Assembly: GCA_963841735.1 (NCBI GenBank)
Contig: CAWJDT010000001.1
Coordinates: 1 to 64,000, forward strand
Length of the DNA: 64,000 nt
DNA from: an uncultured Actinomycetes bacterium
Lineage (GTDB): Bacteria > Actinomycetota > Thermoleophilia > RBG-16-64-13
Direction of reading: 5' to 3'
The notes under the pieces were generated by a model. That model made no database searches. It had not been told where the DNA came from and saw only the letters and a list, made by a program, of their open reading frames with translations. The translations under genes and the position numbers were made by a program. Shown one piece after another: positions 38,789-48,591 of the stretch (its first letter is position 1; each line of letters begins with the position of its first letter).

Positions 38789-41700
38789 TCACCGATTCGC
38801 CCCCCACTCCCAAGTCGCCCCCTTCGCCGCCAGATAATTCGCATCCAGCTCCGGCTGCAGCAAGAGAATAGCCGCGATCCTCCGGGCCATGCGCGTGACC
38901 TCGCGCGCCTCCTCCGCCTTGAGGTCCCGCCCCAGCAGCGCCTTCTCCCGATAGCTCAGCCACTTCTTCATCACCTGATATCCGCCGATGGTGTAGTTCC
39001 ACACCCCCGCCGGCACCCCGCGCCAGTAGGCGACGCCGTTCAGATAGACGTCCACCGCCTCATCCCCCAGTTGAGCCAGCGCCTCCTCTGCGCTGAGGCC
39101 CAGAGCCTCAGCTCCTTGCCCGATGGCCGCCAGCTCTTCGGATGTCCAAGGTCTTGTATTCGCTCTTTCCTTTGCCCGGCATGGTGACGCCCCCCTGGCC
39201 GGCATGACCCCAACCGGCGGTGACGGCCAGATCGCCGGTGCCCTCGTTCAGATTGCCCCCGCCCACCCGCGAGGCCACGCCGATCACCTTGAGCTCCGGA
39301 CGCAGGCTGCCGGTGGTGACCCCGTCGACCTCGGTCTCGGGATCGAGCAGGTCGGCCACCTTGCGGCCCAGCTCGGCCGAGGCGAGGAGCAGCTCCTTGC
39401 TGTCGGGGAGCGGGATGCGGGGCCAGTCGAGACGAAGACCGTCGGCGTTCTCGGATAAATATGCCGGCGAGTAGCCAATTGAAAGCGAGTGAAGCCAGAC
39501 GATGTTGGGTTCATCTTCCCCGCCGCCCACAGCGCAACCTAGTCTCTTGAGATAGCCCCGGGCCCCCGGCGACGCGTTCGGACCGTTCTGAGCCTCTGCG
39601 TTGTCAGCCAGACCAAAGAGGTCGATTGGTCCATGCTCGGCGCGACGCACAGCAGGAAAGCACATGCTCGCCGACCTTATGAGGTGCATGTCTGGCAGGC
39701 ATCGGGTCACGTAGAAGGGTGTGCCTTCCCAATGACGCTCGGCCTTCTGTCGAGATGTAAGGAAGAGATTGCCCGGAGCATACTCAGCGAACAAATCTGA
39801 ACGCTTCTCATCAAGAAGCTTTGTCTCCGCGTGCCAGTAGACATACCGGTCGTCAAAGGGACGGTAGGCCGTCCTCGCGAAAGTGCCGCTCTCAACACCG
39901 CGGCCTTGCAGGTAGTGGCGAGTCTGTACTGGATCGAACCGGGCGACAGGCGTCATCAGCGCAGACAGCTGACCGGCAACCTCCTGGTCGCTGACCCCAG
40001 GGTCGAAGTAGTGCGACATCCGCTTCGTCAGGGTTTCGAGTTCGATGTCCACCAGATCAGAGTCTCTGCTCGTCTTCACTCCGGGCGAAAAGACAGGCAT
40101 CAGTTCGGTCAAGAGGGGCCACAAGAAGTACTCAGTTGATGAGGACGAAGGAAAGAACGGGATTCCCAGTTCTGGAGCAGGCGTGACTGATTGATAAGAG
40201 GCCTGGTCCGCAGCGGCAGACAAGAGTTCGTCTTTCTTGTTCACGCCCCAAAAATGTCGGAAGGACACTGAGTCGCCCCCGCCAGCACGACCTGTGCGCG
40301 TCAAGAGAGAAACCGCCGTGCCGACCTGGATTCCCTCGCGGTTGTGCGGGGTGGAGAACACGCTGGGGTCGGGCTTCCCCTCGGGCGTCAGCTTTCCCGT
40401 CTTGAAGGCGTCACCGTTCAGACAATCGATCCAAATCTTGTCGAACACCTCTAAATAGTGCTCGCGCATGCCGGTGAACGATAGACCGTCGAGCCAAGAG
40501 TAATTGGAGATGAAGCAGACGATGCCCCGTTTCGTTCCCTCAACGATCTTGCGCTCGGCCATGCGAAGGAACCGCACGTATAGGTCGTTCAGTCCTCGGC
40601 CAACAGGCGCCGGCGCCTTCTTCGTCGTGCGGTAGGCGTCGGTCAGGCCCCGCTCTTCGGCGGTCGCCATCCCTGCGTAGCCGTTATAGGGCGGATTACC
40701 CAGCACCACCAAGATGGGCAGGTCCTGTTTCACATGTTCCGCGGCGTCGCGCTCCTGCTCCAGCTCCGGCAGGCCCAGCACCTGTTGGTGGCCGTGGGGC
40801 GATTCCCAGCCGGTGAGGGCGTTGGTCAGAAACACTCCCACCCGTTCGTTCTCCTCCAGGGGCAGGTGCATATTCTGGAGCAGCAGACCCAACTGCATGT
40901 GCGCTATGACAAAAGGAGCGGGCAAGATTTCAAAGCCAAAGACGCGTTTCATGGCCGCCTTCTTGACCTCGCCCGCCACCAGGGCGTCGGCCCCCTTCTC
41001 GTCCAGGGTCTGGCTGATGCGCTCCAGCACCTCCACCAGATAGGCGCCGGTGCCGCAGCAGGGGTCCAGCACGTACACGTTGGGGTCGGCCAGGCCGTCG
41101 GGCACGCCCAACTCCTCGCGCAGCACCGTGTCCACGCGGGCCACCATGTACTCCACGATCTCCGGCGGCGTGTACCACACCCCCAGCTCCTTGCGCAGCT
41201 CGGGGTCGAACGCCTCCAGGAAGGGCTCGTAGAAATACTGGACGGCGTGATGCTTCTCGAATTTGCTGAAGAATGCTCGTCTATCTACCCGGTTGAGCGC
41301 CGCGGCCGCCAGATTCAGAACCGGCACCAGCCCCAGCGAGCCCAACCGGCTGGGAGTGGCGATCTGCTCGAAGAGGGCTTTGACCACGGGCACGCGCAGC
41401 GTCCAGGCGGCTTGGCGCCACTCGAAATGGGCGCCGTCGGTGTCGCGCCGCGGGCCGTGCCGGTGCCGCTGGGCTCGTGCTCGTGACTCCACAAGACCCA
41501 GGAGGCGAACAGGCCGTAGAAGAGGGTCTGCACCAGAGTCGAACGGAAAAAGTGCTCTCCCTTTGCCCCCTCGAACTTGACACCCAGAGTCTCTTCCATA
41601 GACCTGCGCACCGCGTCCAGCGCCGGCAGCTCGGCCGACTCGACCAGGAAGCGGGCCTCCCGCGCGTAGGAAGCCAGGAACCAGGCCAGATCTTGCGGGG

Positions 41701-42292
41701 TCGCGAGCGTGGCTCCGGAGAGCAGCACCCGCTTGAGAAACTCCAGGAAGCGGGCGCCCTGCTCCTTCTCGGCGTTGCGGGGATGGTTGGCCAGGGTCCA
41801 GAACTCGGCTTCGGTGGGCGCTAGCGTGTAGCTCTCGAGGGTGACCGGCTTGCCGTGCTCGTCGAGGCCCAGCAGCAGAAACTCGCGTAGGGTGGTGACC
41901 AGCACCTGCCGGTAGGCGTCCAGGTAGCCGAGCACCTGAGGCGACGCCGCCACGGTGGCGGCGTCGTGGCTGGGTGGCTTGACCTCGATGGCGCCGCGCG
42001 CGGGCTTCTGGCCGCCGAGGGCATCCAGACCCGGTGGCACGCCGGCGACCGCGCCGCCCGCGCCTTTGGCCCCTCGCGACCCGCGCAGCTGATCGGCAGT
42101 GAACAGCCCGCCGTCGGGCAGACCGGCGCCGTGGTTCTTGAGGTTCATGAGGCAGCGGACCTTGGGCTTCAGCCCTCCGCCGACTTCCTCCAGCAGTTGC
42201 CGCAGCGCAGGGTAGTACGAAAGCTCCGAGACGCCCTCACCCGCAAGCCGTATATCGCGCACATCGCTTAGGAAGTTCTCAAGGATCCCCAA
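38789..42292 (-). CDS. Type IIG/ISP-like single-polypeptide restriction-modification enzyme (N6-adenine MTase); frameshifts near 41445 and 39165, probably assembly errors
   Basis: PDGG...AIEVK nuclease, YTPPEIV, VLDPCCGTG (motif I), GNPPY (motif IV), WPRIPL, IGGYQVMKKWL; no helicase motifs seen. Confidence 0.9.
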
Positions 42293-42528
42293 CTGCCACC
42301 CCTCATTGAGCCTGGACTTCCGTCCATGATAGTACGAAAGGCGGACGGCAACGGTGCGGAGCCAGGCTGCAACCAACGACGGACGGGCAAAAGCGCGGAA
42401 GCCAGCGAAACTGAGACCTCGGCCAGGCCGTCACGGGGCGCGACCGGGCCGGTTTGGGAGTCTCGACTCGGAAGGACAGTGGTGCTAGAATGACGCCAGT
42501 ACAGAACCCATTCCGAACTGAGGCTGTC

Positions 42529-42774
42529 ATGTCGGTGAGCCTGTCCATCAAGGATGTGCCCGAAGAGACCCTCCACCGGCTCCGCACACGAGCAGAGCGG
42601 AATCACCGGTCGCTTCAGAAGGAGCTTCTAGCCATCGTCGAAGCGGCCGCGTTCGGCGACGAGGAATCGCCACTGACGGTGGACGAGCTGGCCGAGTACG
42701 CCAAGACCCTCGGTCTCTCACCATCAGTCGATTCCACGACGTTGATCAGGGAAATGCGCGATGGACGCTACTAA
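42529..42774 (+). CDS. FitA/Arc-like RHH antitoxin
   Basis: LSIKDVPEE...LRTRAERNHRSLQKEL. Confidence 0.88.
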   Translation: MSVSLSIKDVPEETLHRLRTRAERNHRSLQKELLAIVEAAAFGDEESPLTVDELAEYAKTLGLSPSVDSTTLIREMRDGRY

Positions 42775-43171
42775 GGCGGTTGTCTGCGACGCCTCGGTGC
42801 TCGCCGCGATCGCGTTTGAGGAGCACAACTCGACCGAGGCACGAGCGCTGACACGCTCGAGGCGACTATTGGCCCCCTCGCTTTTGAAGTACGAGATGGC
42901 GCAGGTGGCAGTCACCAAGTGCACGCTGAACCCGCATGATGCTTCCGGCATCATGCGGGCCTTCGCCTCAAGCCTCAGAGTGCCGGTGAGGCTCCTCATG
43001 CCCTCCTGGCCCGCGGTAGTCGAACTCGCCCGCGCTCACGGACTCTCTGCCTACGACGCTTGCTACCTGCAGCTCGCCTTGGAATTGCGCCTCCGCCTGG
43101 CCACACTCGACGCGCGCCTCGGTCGGGTGGCCGAAACTCTTGGGTTCAAGGCGGTGCCGCGCGCCGACTGA
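42761..43171 (+). CDS. VapC PIN toxin
   Basis: VCDAS, YE, SAYDACYL, LATLD. Confidence 0.88.
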   Translation: MDATKAVVCDASVLAAIAFEEHNSTEARALTRSRRLLAPSLLKYEMAQVAVTKCTLNPHDASGIMRAFASSLRVPVRLLMPSWPAVVELARAHGLSAYDACYLQLALELRLRLATLDARLGRVAETLGFKAVPRAD

Positions 43172-43365
43172 GGTCGCCCCCCCACTGTGGGCGCCCGCAC
43201 CGCGCTGCCGAACGGCCCTTTCCTGGGGCTTCAGCCTCTTGGTAAAAGCCCTTTACTAAGTGCGGTTCTATTGACTATTCTCATCGTAGTCAAGCGCACT
43301 GCGCCGCGACTTCGGCCGCCGATGCCTACGGGCCGGAGGTCGGTGCTTGTTGAGAGGAGAGGGTG

Positions 43366-44790
43366 ATGGCAGAACCGCTGTCGACCGGGTGGCACTACGT
43401 CAAGAGCGGCGCGGCGACAAACCAGCAAGTGGGCCCGCTGACCTGGGAGCAGCTCCACGATCTGCGCTCGTCCGGCCAGTTGCAGCCTGCCGACCTGGTC
43501 TGGCATCCAACCATGCCCCAATGGCTACCCGCCATCCAGGTGACCGGGCTCTATCCGCCCGCGCCGCCATCCCCCGTCTATCAGCAGACGCCTTACCCAC
43601 AGGCCTGGCAACCCCCACAACAGGGCTACGGCGGCTATCCCCCGGCCGCGCAGAAACGCGCGAGCATCGCGCCCTGGCTGATTCCGCTCATCGCACTCAT
43701 ACTTGTCGGAGGCGGCCTGGGAGCGTACTTCGGGGTTTGGTACCACAAGGGCGGCCCCGTAAGCGCCTCTGAACTCGCGGGCATCTGGGAGGGCACCCTC
43801 AAATACGAGTCGCTCGACCTCAAGGACGCGTCCCAAGAAGACCTGGCCCTCCGCGACGCGACGCTGGGCAAGGAGATTCCCGCGACTCTAACCCTGAACT
43901 TGGACGGGTACTCCAACGGCACCGCCGCCACCGAGTTGGCCCAGCGCATGACGGTGGGCGAGAAGAAGGGCAGCGGCACCGCGGAACTAGTGGGGTCCGT
44001 GGCCGAGGATCAAGAGATCAGCGGCACCGCTGTGCTGACCATGGATCTAACGGTCGTCGACGAGAGCTACGGGGAAGTCAGCGACAACATGTCTTTCACC
44101 TACTCCGGGAACAAGCTCACCTTCCAGTCCGAGGACCTGGAGAGCGGCAGAGAAACAGTGACTGCCACAGTCTCCCGCAACGGCGACCTGCTCTCCATGA
44201 AGGGCACCATGACTTTTGAAGACGAGACCGGCTCGGGCAGAGCTGGTTGGACGGTCTCAAAGGAGAGCCCGGCCACCGATTCGAGCGATCCGACCGATTG
44301 GCCCGACACCACCGACAGCGGCGGTGGGGGCGACGACACCGGCGGCGGGACCGCGGCCACCGACGCCGACGACACCGGCACGATCGCGCCTACCGACCTG
44401 AATGGCACCTGGAACGGCACCCTGACAGTCACGTCGTTCACCGGCGATCCGTGGGCAGCTAGAGGACTCACCGCGGCGCTTCTCGGTACGCTCACCGGCC
44501 TGCCTATCCCCGTGACCATGAACATAACCGCGGATGAGAGCGGCAGCGGCAATGGTCAGATGGTCGTGTCCGCGACCGCCCTCGGCGCGGCCTTCGACAT
44601 CGGCACGGCCGACATGCCCCTCACCACCTCGGGAACAACCCTGACCTTCCAGCCCGAATCCTGGCCGTGGGGGGTTCCGACGATGACCGGCGAAGTCACC
44701 CAGGCGGGCGGCGCTCTCATGATCGAAGGGACCTTCTCCTACGAATCCGCGGCCAGTACCTTCGACGCCGTCTTCAACCTGACCAAGTAG
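43366..44790 (+). CDS. GYF_2 (DUF4339) domain single-pass membrane protein with duplicated extracellular beta domain
   Basis: WHY...QQVGPLT...LVWHPTMPQWLP; Pro/Gln linker; TM; two G(I/T)W(E/N)GTL repeats. Confidence 0.8.
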   Translation: MAEPLSTGWHYVKSGAATNQQVGPLTWEQLHDLRSSGQLQPADLVWHPTMPQWLPAIQVTGLYPPAPPSPVYQQTPYPQAWQPPQQGYGGYPPAAQKRASIAPWLIPLIALILVGGGLGAYFGVWYHKGGPVSASELAGIWEGTLKYESLDLKDASQEDLALRDATLGKEIPATLTLNLDGYSNGTAATELAQRMTVGEKKGSGTAELVGSVAEDQEISGTAVLTMDLTVVDESYGEVSDNMSFTYSGNKLTFQSEDLESGRETVTATVSRNGDLLSMKGTMTFEDETGSGRAGWTVSKESPATDSSDPTDWPDTTDSGGGGDDTGGGTAATDADDTGTIAPTDLNGTWNGTLTVTSFTGDPWAARGLTAALLGTLTGLPIPVTMNITADESGSGNGQMVVSATALGAAFDIGTADMPLTTSGTTLTFQPESWPWGVPTMTGEVTQAGGALMIEGTFSYESAASTFDAVFNLTK

Positions 44791-44814
44791 GCGCCTGCTC
44801 GACACCAGGGGCCG

Positions 44815-44845
44815 CTAGTGCCCGTGATATCTAGTGCCCGTGATA
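44815..44845. repeat. Tandem duplication of the recO 3' end (CTAGTGCCCGTGATA x2)
   Basis: 44815-44829 identical to 44831-44845. Confidence 0.9.
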
Positions 44846-45595
44846 GGCCAGGGTCTGCGTCAGCACCTGCTCGACCTCTGCGGCCGCCCGATCGTCGATA
44901 TCCATACGCTCAAGCTCAGCTAGAGGGTTGGCAAGGAGTACCCGGAGCGTCGCCACGGCGCCCGCGCTAAGGGGGAAGCATGAGAAGGCTCCTGATTGCC
45001 CATCTCGGGATGAATCGGCGCCGCTCGACCCACCACCCCCGTTCGCGCACGAATCGCACACCATCCCGCCCAGACTGGGTGAATAGCCGTAGAGCGACTC
45101 TTCATCGCCACAACCCGCGCAGTGCGACACCTCCGGCGCGTAGCCGAGCAGGGTGAGTAGCTTGAGCCGAGTCGCCAGCACCACACCGGCCGCCGTGACC
45201 GCATCGGGGCTGTCGGCCACACAGGCGATGCCCCGCACCAGCAGGTTGAAAGCGGGAGCGCTCCCCTCCTCGGCCGGGAAAAGGTGGCGGATAGCCGCGA
45301 ACAGCCGCGCGCCCTCCTCCATGCGGAAGAGCTGGTCGCGTACGCCCTGGAAGGTGCGGAGAGTGTCTACCCCCACCACCGTGTAGAGGGTGCCCCGTCC
45401 GGAATGGAGACTGGCCCGCACCAGACTGAACGGCTCCAGCCGTCCCCCGGTCTTGGACTTGGTGCGTCGCACCCCTTTGGCGATCGCGCCGAGGCGGCCG
45501 CGATCGCGCGTATACAGGGTGACGATGCGGTCGGCCTCCTTGTAGCGCATGGAGCCGATCACCAAGGCCTCAGTGGTGAAGAAACGGGAGCTCAT
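44831..45595 (-). CDS. recO: DNA repair protein RecO
   Basis: YKEADRIVTLYT, AKGVRR, CAGC...CDSC zinc finger. Confidence 0.93.
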   Translation of the reverse strand: MSSRFFTTEALVIGSMRYKEADRIVTLYTRDRGRLGAIAKGVRRTKSKTGGRLEPFSLVRASLHSGRGTLYTVVGVDTLRTFQGVRDQLFRMEEGARLFAAIRHLFPAEEGSAPAFNLLVRGIACVADSPDAVTAAGVVLATRLKLLTLLGYAPEVSHCAGCGDEESLYGYSPSLGGMVCDSCANGGGGSSGADSSRDGQSGAFSCFPLSAGAVATLRVLLANPLAELERMDIDDRAAAEVEQVLTQTLAYHGH

Positions 45596-45654
45596 GTCAG
45601 CGCCTCACCAGTCTCTTCGCCGTTGGCCTAGCCGTCGGCTCCGCCGGCCACCCG

Positions 45655-46350
45655 TCAGACCCTGTCGGAGGAGAACTCCTTGATGATATCCACCGCGTGG
45701 GACGTACCTATGCGGGCGGCCCCGGCGTTGATCATCAGCTCGGCGTCCTCGGCGGTGTTGATGCCTCCCGACGCGTCCACCCCCACGCTCTCCGGAAGGA
45801 GATCGCGGAACAACTCCACATCTTTGGCCGTGGCGCCGCCGGGAGCAAAGCCGGTTGACGTCTTGATGAAGTCGGCTCCCGAGTCTTCCACGATCTTGCA
45901 CACCAGGCGCTTGAGCTTATCGTCGAGGTAGTAGGCCTCCACGTTGGCCTTCACCAGCACCAAGCCCCGCCCGGTGTTGACGCTGGTCATGCGCACGGTA
46001 CGCACCACTCCGCGCAACTCGTCGCGCACGTAGCGGAAGTCGCCCGAGAGCATGGCCGCGGTGTTCAGAATCACGTCGATCTCATCGGCTCCCAATGCCA
46101 CCGCCTGCTCCGCACCGGTGATCTTGGTGCGTTGCGAGTCGGCCCCCAGGGGATATGAGACGACGGTGCCCACCTTGACGTCGTAGCCCTGAAGCAGCTG
46201 CCGGGCCACCGGCACACTGTAGGGCAAGACACAGACCGATGCGAAATGATATGAGATAGCATCGCGGCACAGAGCCTCGACGGCCGTCGTCGTACTGGCG
46301 GCTTCGAGAAGCGTGCTATCGATGGTCTTGGCTAGTTCTTCTACCCTCAC
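45655..46350 (-). CDS. deoC: Deoxyribose-phosphate aldolase
   Basis: IDSTLL, GADEID, ADFIKTSTGF, ASGGI, ARIGTS. Confidence 0.9.
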   Translation of the reverse strand: MRVEELAKTIDSTLLEAASTTTAVEALCRDAISYHFASVCVLPYSVPVARQLLQGYDVKVGTVVSYPLGADSQRTKITGAEQAVALGADEIDVILNTAAMLSGDFRYVRDELRGVVRTVRMTSVNTGRGLVLVKANVEAYYLDDKLKRLVCKIVEDSGADFIKTSTGFAPGGATAKDVELFRDLLPESVGVDASGGINTAEDAELMINAGAARIGTSHAVDIIKEFSSDRV

Positions 46351-46378
46351 GGCCTACTGGACCTCCTTCGTAGGCTTT

Positions 46379-46897
46379 CTATAATACACTGCCCTGCAAG
46401 CCCTCCCCGCCAAAGCGCCAACGAAGGATATGCCGGTCTTCGCCCTGGCCGTAGAAAGCATGGACAAACGTCTCTTCCACAAACCCCGTACTCCGATAAA
46501 GCTGCAGCGCTCGTTGGTTGGTGGGAGCTACCGTCAACACGAAACCCGAGCCGCCCATCAGCCTGATCTCCTCTGCCAGAGCCAACAAGAACGCCCTGCC
46601 CAGCCCGCGACCCTGCCAGCTCGGCCTGATGTAGATGCCCACCACGTAGAAGAACCCAGGCTCATCGAACATCCGCAGCAATTGACAGCCGCCCACGAGC
46701 TCGCCGTACACGTGTGCCAGGTATACGCCCCCGGCCTGAGCCATCACAGCCAAATCGTAGGTCCTCAGGCCGGACGATCCGAAAGCCTCGAGATCGTACT
46801 TCTCCAGCGTCACCAGCAGGTCATGGTCAGGACGTGACACCCTAGCGATGGTGAATCCCTCATCCGAGACAGACGGTTCGGCCTGGTGCGGCCTCAC
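46379..46897 (-). CDS. GNAT acetyltransferase
   Basis: QGRGLGR, VAPTNQRALQLY..GF. Confidence 0.88.
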   Translation of the reverse strand: MRPHQAEPSVSDEGFTIARVSRPDHDLLVTLEKYDLEAFGSSGLRTYDLAVMAQAGGVYLAHVYGELVGGCQLLRMFDEPGFFYVVGIYIRPSWQGRGLGRAFLLALAEEIRLMGGSGFVLTVAPTNQRALQLYRSTGFVEETFVHAFYGQGEDRHILRWRFGGEGLQGSVL

Positions 46898-46907
46898 TCC
46901 GATGCCC

Positions 46908-47291
46908 TCACTCGACCGCTGCGATCTCGGACAAGGGGAGCATTACCCAGCGTCCCCTTTGCTTGAACACTATCTGCAGATCGGGGTCCACCCCGGCCAG
47001 GATGCAGCATGACTCCGCGCTGGGCAAAACAGTGCCGGCGGGGTCGGCCGGGACAGTCACCGCGGCAGCCAGGATCTCTTCGCCGCCCGCCTCTTGTGCC
47101 GCGGCCAGCGCCATCTCGGCCGCCGCCACGCTGCACGAGCCCGACTCTGAATGCCCCACGTACACAGAGTCGGCGGCGGTCAACAGCGCCACGCCTTCGG
47201 CCCGCTCTACCTCCGGCCCCGCGCGCCGCGCGGCGGCCTTGGCCTCATCGATCAACCGGCCGAGCCGGGGAGAAAGCCTGTCTACGTCCAC
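46908..47291 (-). CDS. Cytidine deaminase-like protein with degenerate zinc site
   Basis: Cdd position in the ybeY-dgkA-cdd block; GVALLT...YVG..E..AAEMAL...PSAESC. Confidence 0.65.
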   Translation of the reverse strand: MDVDRLSPRLGRLIDEAKAAARRAGPEVERAEGVALLTAADSVYVGHSESGSCSVAAAEMALAAAQEAGGEEILAAAVTVPADPAGTVLPSAESCCILAGVDPDLQIVFKQRGRWVMLPLSEIAAVE

Positions 47292-47314
47292 GCCTGCCTC
47301 CTACTCCGCATCCA

Positions 47315-48067
47315 CTAGAACGCCAGCTGAAAGATCAGCGTGGTGACCAGGATCCCCAGCAAGGCCCCGAGCAGAACCTCCAACCACGAATGGATGCCGG
47401 TCTCCACCCGGCTCTGGGCCACCAGAGCCGCCATCCCCAGCACGATAAGACTCACAAGGAGGCCCTCCCGGGTCTTTCCGACAACAAAAGTCACCACCGT
47501 CCAACCAGCGAAGGCAAGAGCGGCATGACCGGAGGGGAGACCGCCGGATAGGGGCGTGCCCTTCTTGCGGGTGGCCTTGATGGCTATGACCGCCGCCAAG
47601 ACCACGGCCAGGGTGGCGAGCGTCAGATGGATAGGCGAGTGGCGGATGGCGGATAGCACACGCAGCGACCTGTTTGTCAGACGGTCGGCCAGCACAAGAT
47701 ATGCCACCGCCATGGCGTTAACGGCAGCCACCAGCACGGCGCCGGCCGCCAGATCCTTGGCCGCCTTCGCCCGTGGGTCGAAGCGATCGGTGAGCAGATC
47801 CACCACTGCCTCCACCGCACTGTTGACCAACTCCATCACCAGGACGAACGTGATGGCCACCAGAATGGCGACCATCTCAAGCCGGGTCACGTTCAGAAGA
47901 ATGCTGGCGAGCAGAACCCCCACGGCGACCGCCAGGTGGATGCGCATGTTGCGCTGGTGCCTCACGCAGTGGACCAGACCCACAAAGGCATGGTTGAAGC
48001 TCTGCATCAGGGAGGTCCGGCCCACGATCCTTTCGTCCGGCTCGGCCGCTTCATCCGTATTGGCCAA
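47315..48067 (-). CDS. dgkA: Diacylglycerol/undecaprenol kinase fused to PAP2 domain
   Basis: ELVNSAVEAVVD, AKDLAAGAV, PSGH, SRVETGIH. Confidence 0.88.
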   Translation of the reverse strand: MANTDEAAEPDERIVGRTSLMQSFNHAFVGLVHCVRHQRNMRIHLAVAVGVLLASILLNVTRLEMVAILVAITFVLVMELVNSAVEAVVDLLTDRFDPRAKAAKDLAAGAVLVAAVNAMAVAYLVLADRLTNRSLRVLSAIRHSPIHLTLATLAVVLAAVIAIKATRKKGTPLSGGLPSGHAALAFAGWTVVTFVVGKTREGLLVSLIVLGMAALVAQSRVETGIHSWLEVLLGALLGILVTTLIFQLAF

Positions 48068-48104
48068 GTGCTTGGGCTTCCTCTTAGGCCACCAGCGCAC
48101 TGAG

Positions 48105-48591
48105 TCAGCCCCCCATCGCCGCGGCAACCACCAGCACTGACTCTTCCAGCTCAAGCAGAAGCTCCTGCTCGCGCAGGCGCATCTCTCCGTCGTCGGCCTC
48201 ATGGTCATAGCCCACCAGATGGAGGACACCGTGCACTACTGTCCAGGCAAACCGGCGACCGGCATCGTCGCCCTCCTGTTCCGAGTAGCGGCGCACCACG
48301 ACCGGGCACACGGCTATCTCTCCCACCTGGCCCCCCTCTTCCTCGCCGGGCCATGTGGAAAAGCCAGGCCTGGCCGCCTCGCCGGCATAACGGAAAGAGA
48401 GCACGTCGGTCGGCCCGCTATGCCCCCGGTAGCGCCTATTCAGACTGGGCGATCGTCTCCTCGTCGACGAACGCGACGACCACAGACCCCCCCACCTTCT
48501 CAGCCGCCATGGCAGCCCTCACGAGACCGGCGACCGGAGCCTCGAGTGCCGCGAGTCCGGGGAGAGCAACCACCTCCACCTCAGGGTCCAC
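48105..48591 (-). CDS. ybeY: rRNA maturation RNase YbeY (frameshift near 48445)
   Basis: LNRRYRG..GPTDVLSF, HGVLHLVGYDH. Confidence 0.88.

Noticed and set aside
39155-39172. Frameshift in the R-M gene near its repeated 3' end as a phase-variation switch
   Set aside because: AAAGGAAAGAGCG looks like a blend of the copy variants AAA GCG and AAG ACG, consistent with a polishing artefact; there is no long simple repeat
20797-39300. Shufflon, integron or DGR interpretation of the repeats
   Set aside because: Repeats are direct, not inverted. No invertase, integron integrase or reverse transcriptase is present, no attC-like sites were recognised, and differences are not adenine-specific
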